The notes below the pieces were generated by a model. That model was not told the DNA's origin. It was given only the letters and a program-made list of their open reading frames with translations, and ran no database searches. A program made the translations under genes and the position numbers. Positions 18,091 to 27,775 of a DNA stretch of 64,000 bases are shown here, piece by piece (the stretch's first letter is position 1; each line of letters starts with the position of its first letter). This DNA is from Nanobdellota archaeon (GTDB lineage: Archaea > Aenigmatarchaeota > Aenigmatarchaeia > QMZP01). Location of the stretch: contig JBDRJQ010000020.1 in assembly GCA_043814765.1 (NCBI GenBank), forward strand, positions 3,028 through 67,027, in the 5' to 3' direction.

Positions 18091-18525
18091 ATGGACCACG
18101 TTGCTATAATGAAAAAATCATGGGGACTGACACCTAAAATTCTCAGCGGTGAGAAAAAGATTGAGTCAAGATGGTACAAAAACAAATGTTCTCCATGGAA
18201 TAAGATTAAAGCCGGTGAAACTGTCTATTTCAAAGATTCAGGTGATCCTGTAACAGTAAAAACAGAAGTCAAAAAAGTAATTCAGTTCTCCAACCTGACT
18301 CCTGAAAAAATCAAAGAAATTCTGTACAAATACGGCAAAGCAGACGGGCTTGGAATAGGCGATATTCCAAAATTCATCGAACTTTTCAAATACAAGAAAT
18401 ATTGTATGCTAATTTTTTTGGAAAATCCCCAGAAAGTTAAACCTTTCTGTATTGATAAAACAGGCTTCGGAATGATGTCAGCTTGGATAAGCGTGGATGA
18501 CATCAATAAAATAGAAGCAAAATAA
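18091..18525 (+). CDS. ASCH (PUA-like) domain protein
   Basis: Contains LSGEKKIESRW...AGETVYF. The assignment comes from this pattern only. Confidence 0.5.
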   Translation: MDHVAIMKKSWGLTPKILSGEKKIESRWYKNKCSPWNKIKAGETVYFKDSGDPVTVKTEVKKVIQFSNLTPEKIKEILYKYGKADGLGIGDIPKFIELFKYKKYCMLIFLENPQKVKPFCIDKTGFGMMSAWISVDDINKIEAK

Positions 18526-18575
18526 AAAACCCCTAAACTAAAGAGGGGGTTAAAAACAAAGAGCTATCTATTTAA

Positions 18576-18620
18576 TTATTTTTTCTTTTTGCTCTTTTTT
18601 GCTGCTTTCTTTTTTGCCAT
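18576..18620 (-). CDS. 14-codon Lys-rich micro-ORF (MAKKKAAKKSKKKK), copy 2
   Basis: The reverse complement reads ATGGCAAAAAAGAAAGCAGCAAAAAAGAGCAAAAAGAAAAAATAA. GGAGG lies 7 nt upstream. It is paralogous to 5838..5882. Confidence 0.3.
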   Translation of the reverse strand: MAKKKAAKKSKKKK

Positions 18621-18680
18621 TTTAACCTCCAATAATTCAATAATATTATATTATTCTACTACCTAATAAATCAGCATTTA

Positions 18681-19250
18681 TTATAAAAAACTGACAACTC
18701 CTGTCAATAAAAATTCTATGCCCCAAGCTATTGTTACTATACCCATAATTGTTGAAAGCATTTTTACACCGCCGTCACCCAAAACATTGTATATTCTAAC
18801 TGCGAAAACGATTGATAAGAATGTTACAAACAATGCTCCGGTACCAGCAAGCATTGTAGTTAGTAAACCTACGTCTCTTACTAGAAGTATAGTAGCTATT
18901 ATTGCTGCTGGTCCAGTTATCAGTGGCGTTCCTATAACAATTGCAATATCACTTGCTTTATCCATTTTATTGAACGACAAACCGAGAACCATTTGTATGC
19001 CAAGAATGATAAGTATCACTCCACCCGCAGCCCTGAAAGTTTCTATGTTTACACCCATAAGAGCCATAATAGAATCACCAAAAATAGCGAATACAAAGAA
19101 AACCAAAGCGGCAACCAATATACCTTTCTTAACTATCTGCATCTTTTTGTCCATCTTCTTTCCTTTGGTAACAGAAAGCAAGACAGACAAGCTTAATGGA
19201 GGATCCATTATAACAAGAAGCAATATGAAAGCCTCAATTAGTTCTAACAT
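18681..19250 (-). CDS. MarC family (UPF0056) integral membrane protein
   Basis: N-terminus is FILLLVIMDPPLSLSVLLSVT, with multiple TM segments over 189 aa. Confidence 0.7.
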   Translation of the reverse strand: MLELIEAFILLLVIMDPPLSLSVLLSVTKGKKMDKKMQIVKKGILVAALVFFVFAIFGDSIMALMGVNIETFRAAGGVILIILGIQMVLGLSFNKMDKASDIAIVIGTPLITGPAAIIATILLVRDVGLLTTMLAGTGALFVTFLSIVFAVRIYNVLGDGGVKMLSTIMGIVTIAWGIEFLLTGVVSFL

Positions 19251-19331
19251 AATAACTAATTGTATTTTTTGGTAATAAGCTTTCTGTTCACATATCGCTT
19301 ATTATTTAAGCTAACATAACAATTAAAGAAA

Positions 19332-20339
19332 ATGATTTTTATGTCTGCAATAGAAGTAAAAAATTTAACAAAGAAGTTCAACGGGTTTACTGCAATAGAT
19401 CACATATCTTTTGACGTGAAGGAAGGAGAGTTGTTTGGTCTTTTAGGACCAAACGGGGCAGGCAAAACAACAACATTGAACATACTTTCTACTTTGCTTA
19501 AACCAACTTCTGGAAAAGCTGATATTGTAGGATTTGATATAGTAGAAAATAAGGATGACGTTAGAAAAAGCATAGGGATAGTATTTCAGGATCCTGCGTT
19601 GGATGCGGAGCTTACTGGAAGAGAGAACTTGGAATTCCATGCTATGATGTATGGAATGAACAAGGAGAGCAGAAAAAAAAGAATAAAAGACGTCATTAAT
19701 CTGGTTGAACTATCAGATAAAGCCGATATTCTCGTAAGTAAATACTCTGGCGGAATGAAAAGAAGACTGGAAATAGCAAGAGGTCTGATGCACAGACCAA
19801 AAGTGCTTTTTTTAGACGAGCCAACACTTGGATTGGATGCACAGACCAGAAGAAAAATCTGGGAATACATAAAAAAGCTTAACAAAGAAAGCAATGTTAC
19901 GATAATACTTACTACTCATTACATGGAGGAAGCTGACTATCTTTGTGAAAGGGTTGCCATAGTGGATAATGGCAAAATAGTTGCAATGGACACTCCAAGC
20001 AAACTGAAGAACAGTTTGGGCGGCGATGTTGTTTCACTTGAAGTCGGCCAAAAATCAGACCAATTGATGAAAATATTAGAAGAATGCAAGTGGATAAAGA
20101 AAATGAAAAAGCATGACGGCACATTAAGCCTTACAATGGAAGATGGTGAAAAAAGAATTCCAGAACTTGTTAAAACATCCGAAAAGCATGGAATAGAAAT
20201 ATTGTCTGTCAATTTCAGAAAGCCAAGCCTTGAGGATGTTTTCATTCATTTCACTGGTAAAAGCATCAGAGATCATGAAGCCAGTCGCGAAGACGTAAAC
20301 AAGCAAATAATGAAAAGAAGAATGGGCATGAGGCACTAG
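19332..20339 (+). CDS. ABC transporter ATP-binding protein (DrrA/ABC-2 type)
   Basis: Walker A is GPNGAGKTT, the signature is YSGGMKRR and Walker B is LFLDEPT. Confidence 0.85.
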   Translation: MIFMSAIEVKNLTKKFNGFTAIDHISFDVKEGELFGLLGPNGAGKTTTLNILSTLLKPTSGKADIVGFDIVENKDDVRKSIGIVFQDPALDAELTGRENLEFHAMMYGMNKESRKKRIKDVINLVELSDKADILVSKYSGGMKRRLEIARGLMHRPKVLFLDEPTLGLDAQTRRKIWEYIKKLNKESNVTIILTTHYMEEADYLCERVAIVDNGKIVAMDTPSKLKNSLGGDVVSLEVGQKSDQLMKILEECKWIKKMKKHDGTLSLTMEDGEKRIPELVKTSEKHGIEILSVNFRKPSLEDVFIHFTGKSIRDHEASREDVNKQIMKRRMGMRH

Positions 20340-20347
20340 GCGATTTT

Positions 20348-21108
20348 ATGATTAACACTAATGCAATATACGTTTTGTGGCTGAGAGAAGTGAAGAAATT
20401 CATCAGAAACAAGTCGAGGATAATTGGAATGCTCGGCATGCCATTATTCTTTTTGGCCTTCCTTGGCATAGGATTTTCAAACATGCCTGTTACAGGCATG
20501 TCAGGAGTCGATTATCTATCATTTCTCATACCAGGCATAATCACGATGGGAATGGTTTTCACTTCAATGTTCGCAGGCATTTCTGTCTTGTGGGACAGGC
20601 AATTCGGCTTTCTGAAAGAAATCATGGTTGCTCCTGTCAAAGAGTTTCCATAGTTATAGGCAGAGTTCTAGGCGGAGCAACAACTTCACTAGCGCAAGGA
20701 ATAATGATACTCATTATAGGATTGCTAGTAGGATTTCAAATAACCAGCATACTAGGCTTTTTCATATCCATTTTGTTCATGCTTCTGCTTTCAGCCACGT
20801 TCATAGGCATAGGCCTTATAATAGCGTCAAAAATGAAAGACATGCAGGGCTTTCAGCTGATTGTTAATTTCCTTGTGTTGCCTCTGGTTTTCCTCTCAGG
20901 AGCACTTTTCCCTGTGGACAATCTGCCTGGATTTGTCAAAACATTGACATACTTGAATCCAATAACTTATGGTGTGGATGGCATCAGAGCTTCACTTATA
21001 GGAGTTTCATCACTTCCAATACTATATAATCTTGCAGCATTGATTGTGTTTTCATCTGTAATGGTTTTTCTTGGTGCATATTTCTTTGACAGAAGCGACA
21101 ACGTTTAA
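20348..21108 (+). pseudogene. ABC-2 type permease interrupted by a single-nucleotide frameshift
   Basis: ORF 20348..20653 ends ...IMVAPVKEFP*. The protein continues in another frame from 20641 as RVSIVIGRVLGGATTS... Adding one A to the AAA run at 20639..20641 restores VAPVKRVSIVIGRVLGG. Confidence 0.7.
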
Positions 21109-21142
21109 AAGAGTAATTTCACAAATATATAGTAGTGATTAT

Positions 21143-21913
21143 ATGGAACTCAAAAAACTTTTAGTAATGCTAGTCGTTCTAGCGTTCTTAATTCCTACAG
21201 CAATTGCTGACGGATCTGATTCAGGTAACGGTGCACAAACAAGCAGCAGTGAAACAACTGAACGTGGTGAAGAAAACCAAGTGACAGACGATTCTGTTGT
21301 CACTGACAACAGTTCAGATGATCTAGTAATAGCTCCTAATAAAAACCAGCAACAAACACAAAACACAGGAGATTCCGGCCAGCTAAAAGTCACTAACACA
21401 GAACAAGTGAAAGCAAAAACACTTTCTGGTTTGACTCAATCCATTCAAAACAGAAACCAAGAGATGAATCAAGAAATGGAATCTTTAGGCCAGACACAGC
21501 AAAATGTTTTACAAAACCAGAATAAGGTGAGACTGGCAGTTCATGCCTTTCTTGCAATGGAAGATTTGGTTGGTGGCATAGGCAAGAATGTTTCAGAAAT
21601 AGCCAGAGAATTTGACAATTCTATGCAAAAGACAGTTCAAGCTGAAGAAAGAATGCAAACAAGGAACATCTTCATGTTTTTCTTCTTCGGTGGCGATGAA
21701 GTTTCTGCTGCTGAAATAGAAGAAGAACTCAACATGAATCAGAACAGAATGGAAAAATTGCAGGAATTAAAGGAGCAATGCCAGTGCAATGAGGAATTAA
21801 AAAACATGTTTCAGGAACAGATGCAGAACATAGAGATGGAACAAACAAGGCTTCGCGAACTGGCGCAAGAGCATAATATGAACAAAGGATTGTTTGGTTG
21901 GTTGTTCAAGTAA
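21143..21913 (+). CDS. secreted Gln/Asn/Glu-rich protein
   Basis: The signal-like N-terminus MELKKLLVMLVVLAFLIPTAIA is followed by low-complexity, coiled-coil-like sequence. Confidence 0.5.
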   Translation: MELKKLLVMLVVLAFLIPTAIADGSDSGNGAQTSSSETTERGEENQVTDDSVVTDNSSDDLVIAPNKNQQQTQNTGDSGQLKVTNTEQVKAKTLSGLTQSIQNRNQEMNQEMESLGQTQQNVLQNQNKVRLAVHAFLAMEDLVGGIGKNVSEIAREFDNSMQKTVQAEERMQTRNIFMFFFFGGDEVSAAEIEEELNMNQNRMEKLQELKEQCQCNEELKNMFQEQMQNIEMEQTRLRELAQEHNMNKGLFGWLFK

Positions 21914-21955
21914 CAACCATTTTCTATTTATTTCTCAAAATCAATTATTTTACCA

Positions 21956-22906
21956 ATGAGGCATTTAATTTCTCTTAAAGAACAATCAAAGGAAGACATA
22001 AGCGAAATTCTGCAAATGGCCCAAAAAATAAAAAAGAAACGCAATTCAGGCGAGCTAACAAATTATCTTCCGAACAAAACCCTGATAATGCTTTTCCAGA
22101 AAAGTTCTACAAGAACCAGGCTGTCATATGAAACAGGAATGACAGAACTTGGCGGGCATGCCATCTTTCTTGATGCGAGAACCACACAATTCTCTTTGAC
22201 TGATTTTGCTTATGAAATAAGAGCAGTTATGAGATTTGGTCATGCGCTAATGTTTCGTGCTATTAAAGCAAAGGATGTAGAAACCGCTGCTTCATTTAAT
22301 ACGATACCTGTGATAGACGGCAACAGTGAAAAATATCATCCTTCTCAAGCACTTAGCGATATACTAACAATGGCAGAACACTCTGGTGGTTTGAATAAAG
22401 TGAAAAAAATAACCTGGTTGGGAATAGAAAATAATGTTTCTAACACACTGAAATTGGCCTGCGCTAAGCTAGGAATAAAAGTTGCTATAGCGGCACCTAA
22501 GATTGACAAGAACAGTGTTGATCTAGAGCTCAATAAAATGGCTGAAGCAACAGGCATGATTACAAGAACACTGGATCTCGAAGAGGCCCTAAAAGATGCT
22601 GACTACGTGCATACAGACACATGGATGAATATGGAGTTATTCAGCAATGGAAGAGTAATACCTGCTTATAGAAAGGATTATGAGAAAAGAAAAAGGCAGC
22701 TACTTCCGTTCCAGCTCAACGCAAAAATAATTGATAAATATGCGCCGAAAGCAAAGATAATGCACTGCATGCCTTGCCATGCTGGATATGAAATAACTCG
22801 TGATGCAATAGGCCATAAAAACTCTATTATTTTTGATCAGGCAGAGAACAGATTGCATATGCAAAAAGGAATGATAATGTGGCTTCTGGGCAACGAGGCG
22901 AAATAG
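21956..22906 (+). CDS. carbamoyltransferase, ornithine carbamoyltransferase-like
   Basis: Contains SSTRTR, HPSQAL, HCMPCHAG and DQAENRLHMQK. The OTC SMG loop reads NME (HTDTWMNME). Confidence 0.7.
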   Translation: MRHLISLKEQSKEDISEILQMAQKIKKKRNSGELTNYLPNKTLIMLFQKSSTRTRLSYETGMTELGGHAIFLDARTTQFSLTDFAYEIRAVMRFGHALMFRAIKAKDVETAASFNTIPVIDGNSEKYHPSQALSDILTMAEHSGGLNKVKKITWLGIENNVSNTLKLACAKLGIKVAIAAPKIDKNSVDLELNKMAEATGMITRTLDLEEALKDADYVHTDTWMNMELFSNGRVIPAYRKDYEKRKRQLLPFQLNAKIIDKYAPKAKIMHCMPCHAGYEITRDAIGHKNSIIFDQAENRLHMQKGMIMWLLGNEAK

Positions 22907-22964
22907 CTTTATTTAAAAAGAAAAGATACAAATTATAAAAAAATATATTTTTGGAGGTAATTAT

Positions 22965-23246
22965 ATGTTATCGAGTTTGCCAACAGATTTAAGCAAAGTC
23001 AGAAAAGAGCACATAGACATGGAAATTCTTCGTGCAGGCATGATTGCAGAGCTTGATGCAGTCAATTTTTATGAGCAGATGGCTGCAATGACCCAACGCA
23101 GCGATATAAAGAAAGTCCTTTTGGACATCGCGAAGGAAGAAAAAACACATGTTGGAGAATTCGAAGCGTTGCTCTTGAAACTTGACAGTGAGCAGGTAAA
23201 GGAAAGCGAAAAGGGCAGAAAGGAAGTTGAAGAATTGACAGAATAG
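22965..23246 (+). CDS. small ferritin-like/rubrerythrin-fold protein
   Basis: Contains [12 protein letters not shown]...[16 protein letters not shown] (ExxH di-iron-type motif) in 93 aa. Confidence 0.6.
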   Translation: MLSSLPTDLSKVRKEHIDMEILRAGMIAELDAVNFYEQMAAMTQRSDIKKVLLDIAKEEKTHVGEFEALLLKLDSEQVKESEKGRKEVEELTE

Positions 23247-23254
23247 GTGGTAAA

Positions 23255-23629
23255 TTGACAGAACTGAATCAAATCTACAAATGCAATATCTGCGGAAACA
23301 TAACCGAAGTCCTGCATACAGGTGCAGGAGAGCTTGTCTGCTGCGGCCAGCCGATGGAGCTTTTGGAAGCCAAAATGCAAGACCAGGGACATGAAAAGCA
23401 CGTTCCTGTCATTGAAAAAACAGAAAAAGGTGTAAGGGTAAAGATAGGCTCGATTCCTCATCCAATGGAAGAAAGCCACTTCATTGAATGGATACAAATC
23501 ATCGCAGACGGCAAGAGCTACAGGAAATTCCTTAAACCAGGCGACGTGCCAGAAGCAAAGTTCTGCATCAAGGCAGATAACATGGCTGTGAGAGCATACT
23601 GTAATGTGCACGGTTTGTGGAAGGCGTAA
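23255..23629 (+). CDS. dfx: desulfoferrodoxin (2Fe superoxide reductase)
   Basis: N-terminal desulforedoxin Cys are YKCNICGN...VCCG. The SOR centre is HVPV...[11 protein letters not shown]...CNVHGLW. The start codon is TTG. Confidence 0.85.
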   Translation: MTELNQIYKCNICGNITEVLHTGAGELVCCGQPMELLEAKMQDQGHEKHVPVIEKTEKGVRVKIGSIPHPMEESHFIEWIQIIADGKSYRKFLKPGDVPEAKFCIKADNMAVRAYCNVHGLWKA

Positions 23630-23630
23630 G

Positions 23631-23720
23631 CCTCCTTTTGGATCAAATCTCTTATTGTAATGGATTAGAGATATCTCTTATCCTATTATATTGGAGATAA
23701 GACCTTTTTCTAAAAGGTTT
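23631..23720 (+). repeat. dispersed hairpin repeat, copy split by a nested palindromic insert
   Basis: CCTCCTTTTGGATCAAA[...GGATTAGAGATATCTCTTATCC...]GGAGATAAGACCTTTTTCTAAAAGGTTT. Confidence 0.6.
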
Positions 23721-23756
23721 GTGTGGAAGGCGTAAGGCTTTATTCCTTTATTTTAA

Positions 23757-24389
23757 TTGATTATTATGAAAACCCTAGTCGAAACAATTAACCAGCTAAA
23801 GAACAGCGAAGTGAAACAATTAGTTGATTCTCGGACAGAGGAATTCAAGAAGATTAGAAAGAACGAAAACAACTCTCTTTTCAAAGAGCTATGCTTCTGC
23901 CTTCTTACTGCAAACTACAGTGCTGAAGGCGGCATAAAGATACAGAAAAAGATAGACAATGATTTCATTACTCTTTCTGAGGTTGATCTCAGGAATGAAT
24001 TGAAGTTTTTAGGGCACAGATTCTACAGCGCCAGGGCAGCCTATATCGTGCTTGCAAGAAAGCATCTTGAAATGCTAGAAATGCTGACAAGGACTTTGGG
24101 AGAGCAGGCATTGAGAAAATGGCTTGTGGAGAATGTCAAAGGCTTAGGATACAAAGAGGCCAGCCATTTCATGCGCAATATTGGCTATAGTGATGTAGCC
24201 ATAATTGATTTTCACATAATCGACCTTTTAGTTAAAAACAAAATCATAAAAAGTCCGAAAACTCTGACATCGAAGAAATACCTTGAGATTGAAGCCCTTC
24301 TAAGGAAGATTGCTGACAAAACAAACCTCAATCTCGCTGAATTAGATTTCTATCTCTGGTACATGGAGACAGGGAAGATTTTAAAGTAG
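23757..24389 (+). CDS. ogg: N-glycosylase/DNA lyase (archaeal Ogg, HhH-GPD)
   Basis: Contains LFKELCFCLLTANYSAE and VKGLGYKEASHFMRNIG, followed by D. An ATG at 23766 is an alternative start. Confidence 0.7.
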   Translation: MIIMKTLVETINQLKNSEVKQLVDSRTEEFKKIRKNENNSLFKELCFCLLTANYSAEGGIKIQKKIDNDFITLSEVDLRNELKFLGHRFYSARAAYIVLARKHLEMLEMLTRTLGEQALRKWLVENVKGLGYKEASHFMRNIGYSDVAIIDFHIIDLLVKNKIIKSPKTLTSKKYLEIEALLRKIADKTNLNLAELDFYLWYMETGKILK

Positions 24390-24408
24390 TTTAAACTAAT
24401 TTTATATT

Positions 24409-25281
24409 ATGAAACAAGCCGACTTCTGGACGAAGTTGGATGATAAGAAAGTCCAATGTCAGTTATGTCCTAGAAACTGTATAATAGCTGATGGTAAGCG
24501 TGGAGCATGCAATGTCAGAGAAAACAGAAAGGGAATATTATACTCTCTTGTCTACGGCAGGCCTGTAACAGTGTCAGTTGATCCGATTGAGAAGAAACCA
24601 TTATACCATTTTCATCCAGGCACACAGACTTTGTCTATAGCAACAGTAGGCTGTAATCTGCGCTGCAGCTTCTGCCAGAACTGGGAGATATCCATTGCTA
24701 CGACTGTAAGTGGCCAGCATCTGTCTCCAGAGCAAGTGGTTGGCATTGCAAAGGATTACGGAGTAAAAAGTATAGCCTATACGTACACAGAACCCACTAT
24801 ATTTTTCGAATACGCTTATGATATCATGAAAATCGCTCGCAAGGAAGGCCTCCTTAACGTGTGGGTATCCAATGGCTACACTAACCCAGAACCAGCTAAA
24901 AAAGCTGCAAAATATCTTGATGCAATAAATGTTGATCTGAAAGGTAACCCAAAATTCTACAAAGATTTATGCATGGTTCCCAGCGAAGAACCAATACATG
25001 AAGCTCTGAAGATATACAAGCAAAACAAAGTTCACATAGAGATTACAACACTCCTTATCCCTGATCATAACGATGATGATAAAACGCTTCAGGGAATAGT
25101 TGACTGGGTTAAAATAAACCTTGGAACAGATACACCGATGCATTTCTCAAGATTTCATCCTGACCATAAACTAAAGAACGTTCCGTCTACGCCAATTGAA
25201 ACAATTAAAAAAGCAATGGAAATAGCAAAAAAGAGAGGAATGAAGCACGTTTATGCAGGCAATGTGCCTAATCTTATATAA
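24409..25281 (+). CDS. AmmeMemoRadiSam system radical SAM enzyme
   Basis: Contains CQLCPRNC...GACNVREN and ATVGCNLRCSFCQNWEIS, which I recall as typical of this family. Confidence 0.8.
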   Translation: MKQADFWTKLDDKKVQCQLCPRNCIIADGKRGACNVRENRKGILYSLVYGRPVTVSVDPIEKKPLYHFHPGTQTLSIATVGCNLRCSFCQNWEISIATTVSGQHLSPEQVVGIAKDYGVKSIAYTYTEPTIFFEYAYDIMKIARKEGLLNVWVSNGYTNPEPAKKAAKYLDAINVDLKGNPKFYKDLCMVPSEEPIHEALKIYKQNKVHIEITTLLIPDHNDDDKTLQGIVDWVKINLGTDTPMHFSRFHPDHKLKNVPSTPIETIKKAMEIAKKRGMKHVYAGNVPNLI

Positions 25282-25303
25282 ATATCATCTACAAATTGAT
25301 AAC

Positions 25304-25732
25304 ATGGCTGAAGATAAAGAACAGATAGAAAAGAAGATGAAAGAAGGCTGGATTAAGACCAGCATGATGATTGAGCTGTTAGCTGCTGATCCAGACAAAA
25401 CAAAGGAATTTCTAGAGAAACATGTTGAAAAGATAGAGAAAGAGGATAAAATTATACTTTACAGAAAGGACTTTAAAGAGGTTATAGAAACAACTAGTCC
25501 ATTTCCAAACGTACCAAAGGCTTATTCTGGAATTGTTGAGATAGAGCTTGTAGCAGAGACTCTAGACAAAATAGTTTATATTGTAATGAACTACGGACCA
25601 ACTAACGTGGAGATATTGGAACCTACAAGGATTGCAATAGATATGGGAGAAGCACAGGGCATAGTTAATTCTGTCTCCACAATGATGCACAAGTTCGCCG
25701 CAGCAGGCGTCGGTGGCATAATTACTAGTTAA
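25304..25732 (+). CDS. hypothetical protein
   Basis: The ORF starting MAEDKEQIEK is preferred over the track start at 25253, which overlaps the upstream gene. Confidence 0.4.
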   Translation: MAEDKEQIEKKMKEGWIKTSMMIELLAADPDKTKEFLEKHVEKIEKEDKIILYRKDFKEVIETTSPFPNVPKAYSGIVEIELVAETLDKIVYIVMNYGPTNVEILEPTRIAIDMGEAQGIVNSVSTMMHKFAAAGVGGIITS

Positions 25733-25780
25733 AATCAATACCAAGCAAAGCTTTTTATACCCCAAAATTAACATTTTATT

Positions 25781-26260
25781 ATGTACGATAATCCTGAAGA
25801 CGTTATTGAGAATGGTGTACCAGCTGCTGTTAGAAAAGACTGGGATATGGTAGACGAAGCAGTAGTTCCAGCATTTGAAAAAGCACTTAAAGGTAAAGGC
25901 GAATGCGGAGCATTAGATAAAATTGATGAATATCTAAAAGATGAAAATCCAGATGTTAGAGATTATTCAGCAACTCTTGCAACTAAATTTTTTCAAGTTA
26001 TTCCGTATAGGCATAGTGATCATATAATGATATTAGCATTACTAAAGGAAGTTGCATACGATGATCCAGAGATCTTCCCAAGATTTAGAGCTTCAACAAC
26101 TTTAGTAGAAATTGATAGAAGTAATATGCAAGATGTCGATCTTGGTATAAATTATGGAAGATTGCTTGAGAACTTCAATGATACTGTTGCCGAAGAGGCT
26201 GATTTGTCAGAAGTAGCAAATCAATACATATCATATGTATCTGGTAAAATTAAACAATAA
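25781..26260 (+). CDS. hypothetical protein (helical repeat-like)
   Basis: 159-aa ORF, no family recognised. Confidence 0.4.
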   Translation: MYDNPEDVIENGVPAAVRKDWDMVDEAVVPAFEKALKGKGECGALDKIDEYLKDENPDVRDYSATLATKFFQVIPYRHSDHIMILALLKEVAYDDPEIFPRFRASTTLVEIDRSNMQDVDLGINYGRLLENFNDTVAEEADLSEVANQYISYVSGKIKQ

Positions 26261-26894
26261 TTCTAGCATCCACAGCAACAGCGCCTCTAAAACTGACAAA
26301 AACTGGATTCAAGTCTAGTTCTTTTATTTTCTTCTCTTTTGTCATCATTCTTGATATTTTTAGCAGAATATCCTCTATGGCTTTGAAGTTCACCGCTTTG
26401 TGACCGCGCACGCCTTTTAGAATGCTGTAGCCCTTTATTTCCCTTATCATCTCTTGCGCGTCTTTGCGCTCTATAGGAATCAGACGGAAGGAAACGTCCT
26501 TTAGAACCTCTACGAATATACCGCCCATGCCAAACATTATAACAGGACCAAACTGCTGGTCATAGTTCGCTCCGATAATTGTTTCATGACCGCCAATCAT
26601 CTGCTGAACTAAGATGCCTTCCACTTTGGCTCTGGGCTGTTTTCTCTTGACATTGGCATGAATTTTTTTGTAGGCATGCCTGACTTCCAGATCATCCTCC
26701 AAGCCAATCTCAATTCCGCCAGCCTCTGTCTTGTGCACAATATCCTTTGAAACAATTTTCAGAGTGACCGGGTAGCCAATTGACTTGGCTTTCTTTGAGC
26801 ACTCGTCCTCAGTTCTCACTATAGAATAAACAGGATAAGGTATGCTGTATTTACGCATAAGTTTCAATGTTTCAGTGTCAGAAAGTTTCGGCAT
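26250..26894 (-). CDS. ATP-grasp domain protein, ADP-forming acetyl-CoA synthetase beta-like
   Basis: Contains ETLKLMRKYSIPYP...GYPVTLKIVSKDIVHKTEAGGI...LDLNPV. Confidence 0.6.
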   Translation of the reverse strand: MPKLSDTETLKLMRKYSIPYPVYSIVRTEDECSKKAKSIGYPVTLKIVSKDIVHKTEAGGIEIGLEDDLEVRHAYKKIHANVKRKQPRAKVEGILVQQMIGGHETIIGANYDQQFGPVIMFGMGGIFVEVLKDVSFRLIPIERKDAQEMIREIKGYSILKGVRGHKAVNFKAIEDILLKISRMMTKEKKIKELDLNPVFVSFRGAVAVDARIIV

Positions 26895-26935
26895 ATTAAA
26901 TAATTGTTTCGAGTAATAAAATAATTTAATAAACC

Positions 26936-27688
26936 ATGCGAAATAATTCTATGGAAGAAAAAAAGCCAATAATTACATATGCACTCATAATCATAAACAT
27001 TTTGGTGTTTCTTATAGTCTTTTCAATGCCAGAAGAGATGCTTAATGTGGTGTTTCAAAACTTTGCTTTTTCCTCTTCTCAAGCAGGAGAAGTATGGAGA
27101 TGGTTTTCATCACTCTTCCTTCATGCCAGCGCTTCTCATCTTTTCTTCAACATGATTGGTCTGTTCTTCTTTGGAAAGATACTGGAGAAAGAGGTTGACA
27201 AGCAATGGTATCTGGCAATTTACTTCATAGGCGGTTTAATAGGCACTTTTGCCTTTATGTTGACTAGTATAGAGCCAGTTGTAGGAGCATCCGGTGCTGT
27301 GTTCGCTCTGATGGGTGCGGCCATGTTTTTGAATCCAGTCAAGCGCGTGCACTTCTTCGTGTTCCCATTACCGTTAGCCTTTATAGCAATAACATTCCTA
27401 TTGACAACAACCATTGTTGTGTACTTTCAGCCAGAGATGGGTGGAGTTGCGCATATAGCTCATTTGGCAGGACTGATAACAGGATCGATATTTGCGTTTT
27501 TCTATGACCCGAAACGGGTAATGAAAGGGCTTCTAGTGCTCATAGTAATGGGTGCCTTGCTTTTGATACTGGGTCCAATTCTAGGACTCATAACTGGTTT
27601 TGGCAGCATAATGCTGTCTGTAATAGACACTGTGATAGGTGCGGTTCTTTACACCATTGCAAAGCTTCTAGGATTCTTATGGGCATAA
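26936..27688 (+). CDS. rhomboid family intramembrane serine protease
   Basis: Contains HLFFNM, the catalytic Ser in GASGAVFALMG and the His in AHIAHLAG. Confidence 0.8.
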   Translation: MRNNSMEEKKPIITYALIIINILVFLIVFSMPEEMLNVVFQNFAFSSSQAGEVWRWFSSLFLHASASHLFFNMIGLFFFGKILEKEVDKQWYLAIYFIGGLIGTFAFMLTSIEPVVGASGAVFALMGAAMFLNPVKRVHFFVFPLPLAFIAITFLLTTTIVVYFQPEMGGVAHIAHLAGLITGSIFAFFYDPKRVMKGLLVLIVMGALLLILGPILGLITGFGSIMLSVIDTVIGAVLYTIAKLLGFLWA

Positions 27689-27743
27689 GTTCTTTTCTAA
27701 ATTTTAATTTATTAATCCAATTGTCAATTTTATGGTATACAGT

Positions 27744-27775
27744 AAACCTTTTTCAAAAGGTTCAATTCAAAAGGA
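27744..27775 (-). repeat. dispersed hairpin repeat, inverted orientation
   Basis: The plus strand reads AAACCTTTTTCAAAAGGTTCAATTCAAAAGGAG. The reverse complement matches CTCCTTTTGxATxxAACCTTTT...AAAAGGTTT. Confidence 0.6.

Noticed and set aside
18718-19275. 185-aa plus-strand ORF
   Set aside because: It is fully antisense to the MarC-family gene (18681..19250), which has a recognisable family N-terminus and TM pattern. The antisense product is low-complexity. The same reasoning rejects 2593..3033, 3198..3587, 12072..12488, 23069..23611, 28663..29112, 33664..34185, 39164..39604, 52386..52868 and the many 60-120-aa shadows inside EF-2 and the surface-protein genes.
20633-20653. Programmed -1 ribosomal frameshift in the ABC-2 permease
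   Set aside because: The site (GTC AAA GAG) is not a canonical X XXY YYZ slippery heptamer, and I saw no obvious downstream stimulatory structure. A mutation or homopolymer error is more parsimonious.
23611-23741. An mRNA intron at the end of dfx (splicing between the duplicated GGTTTGTGGAAGGCGTAAG copies)
   Set aside because: The stop codon precedes the insert, so no splicing is needed. The second copy has a 2-nt insertion that would change the frame, and I could not draw a BHB.
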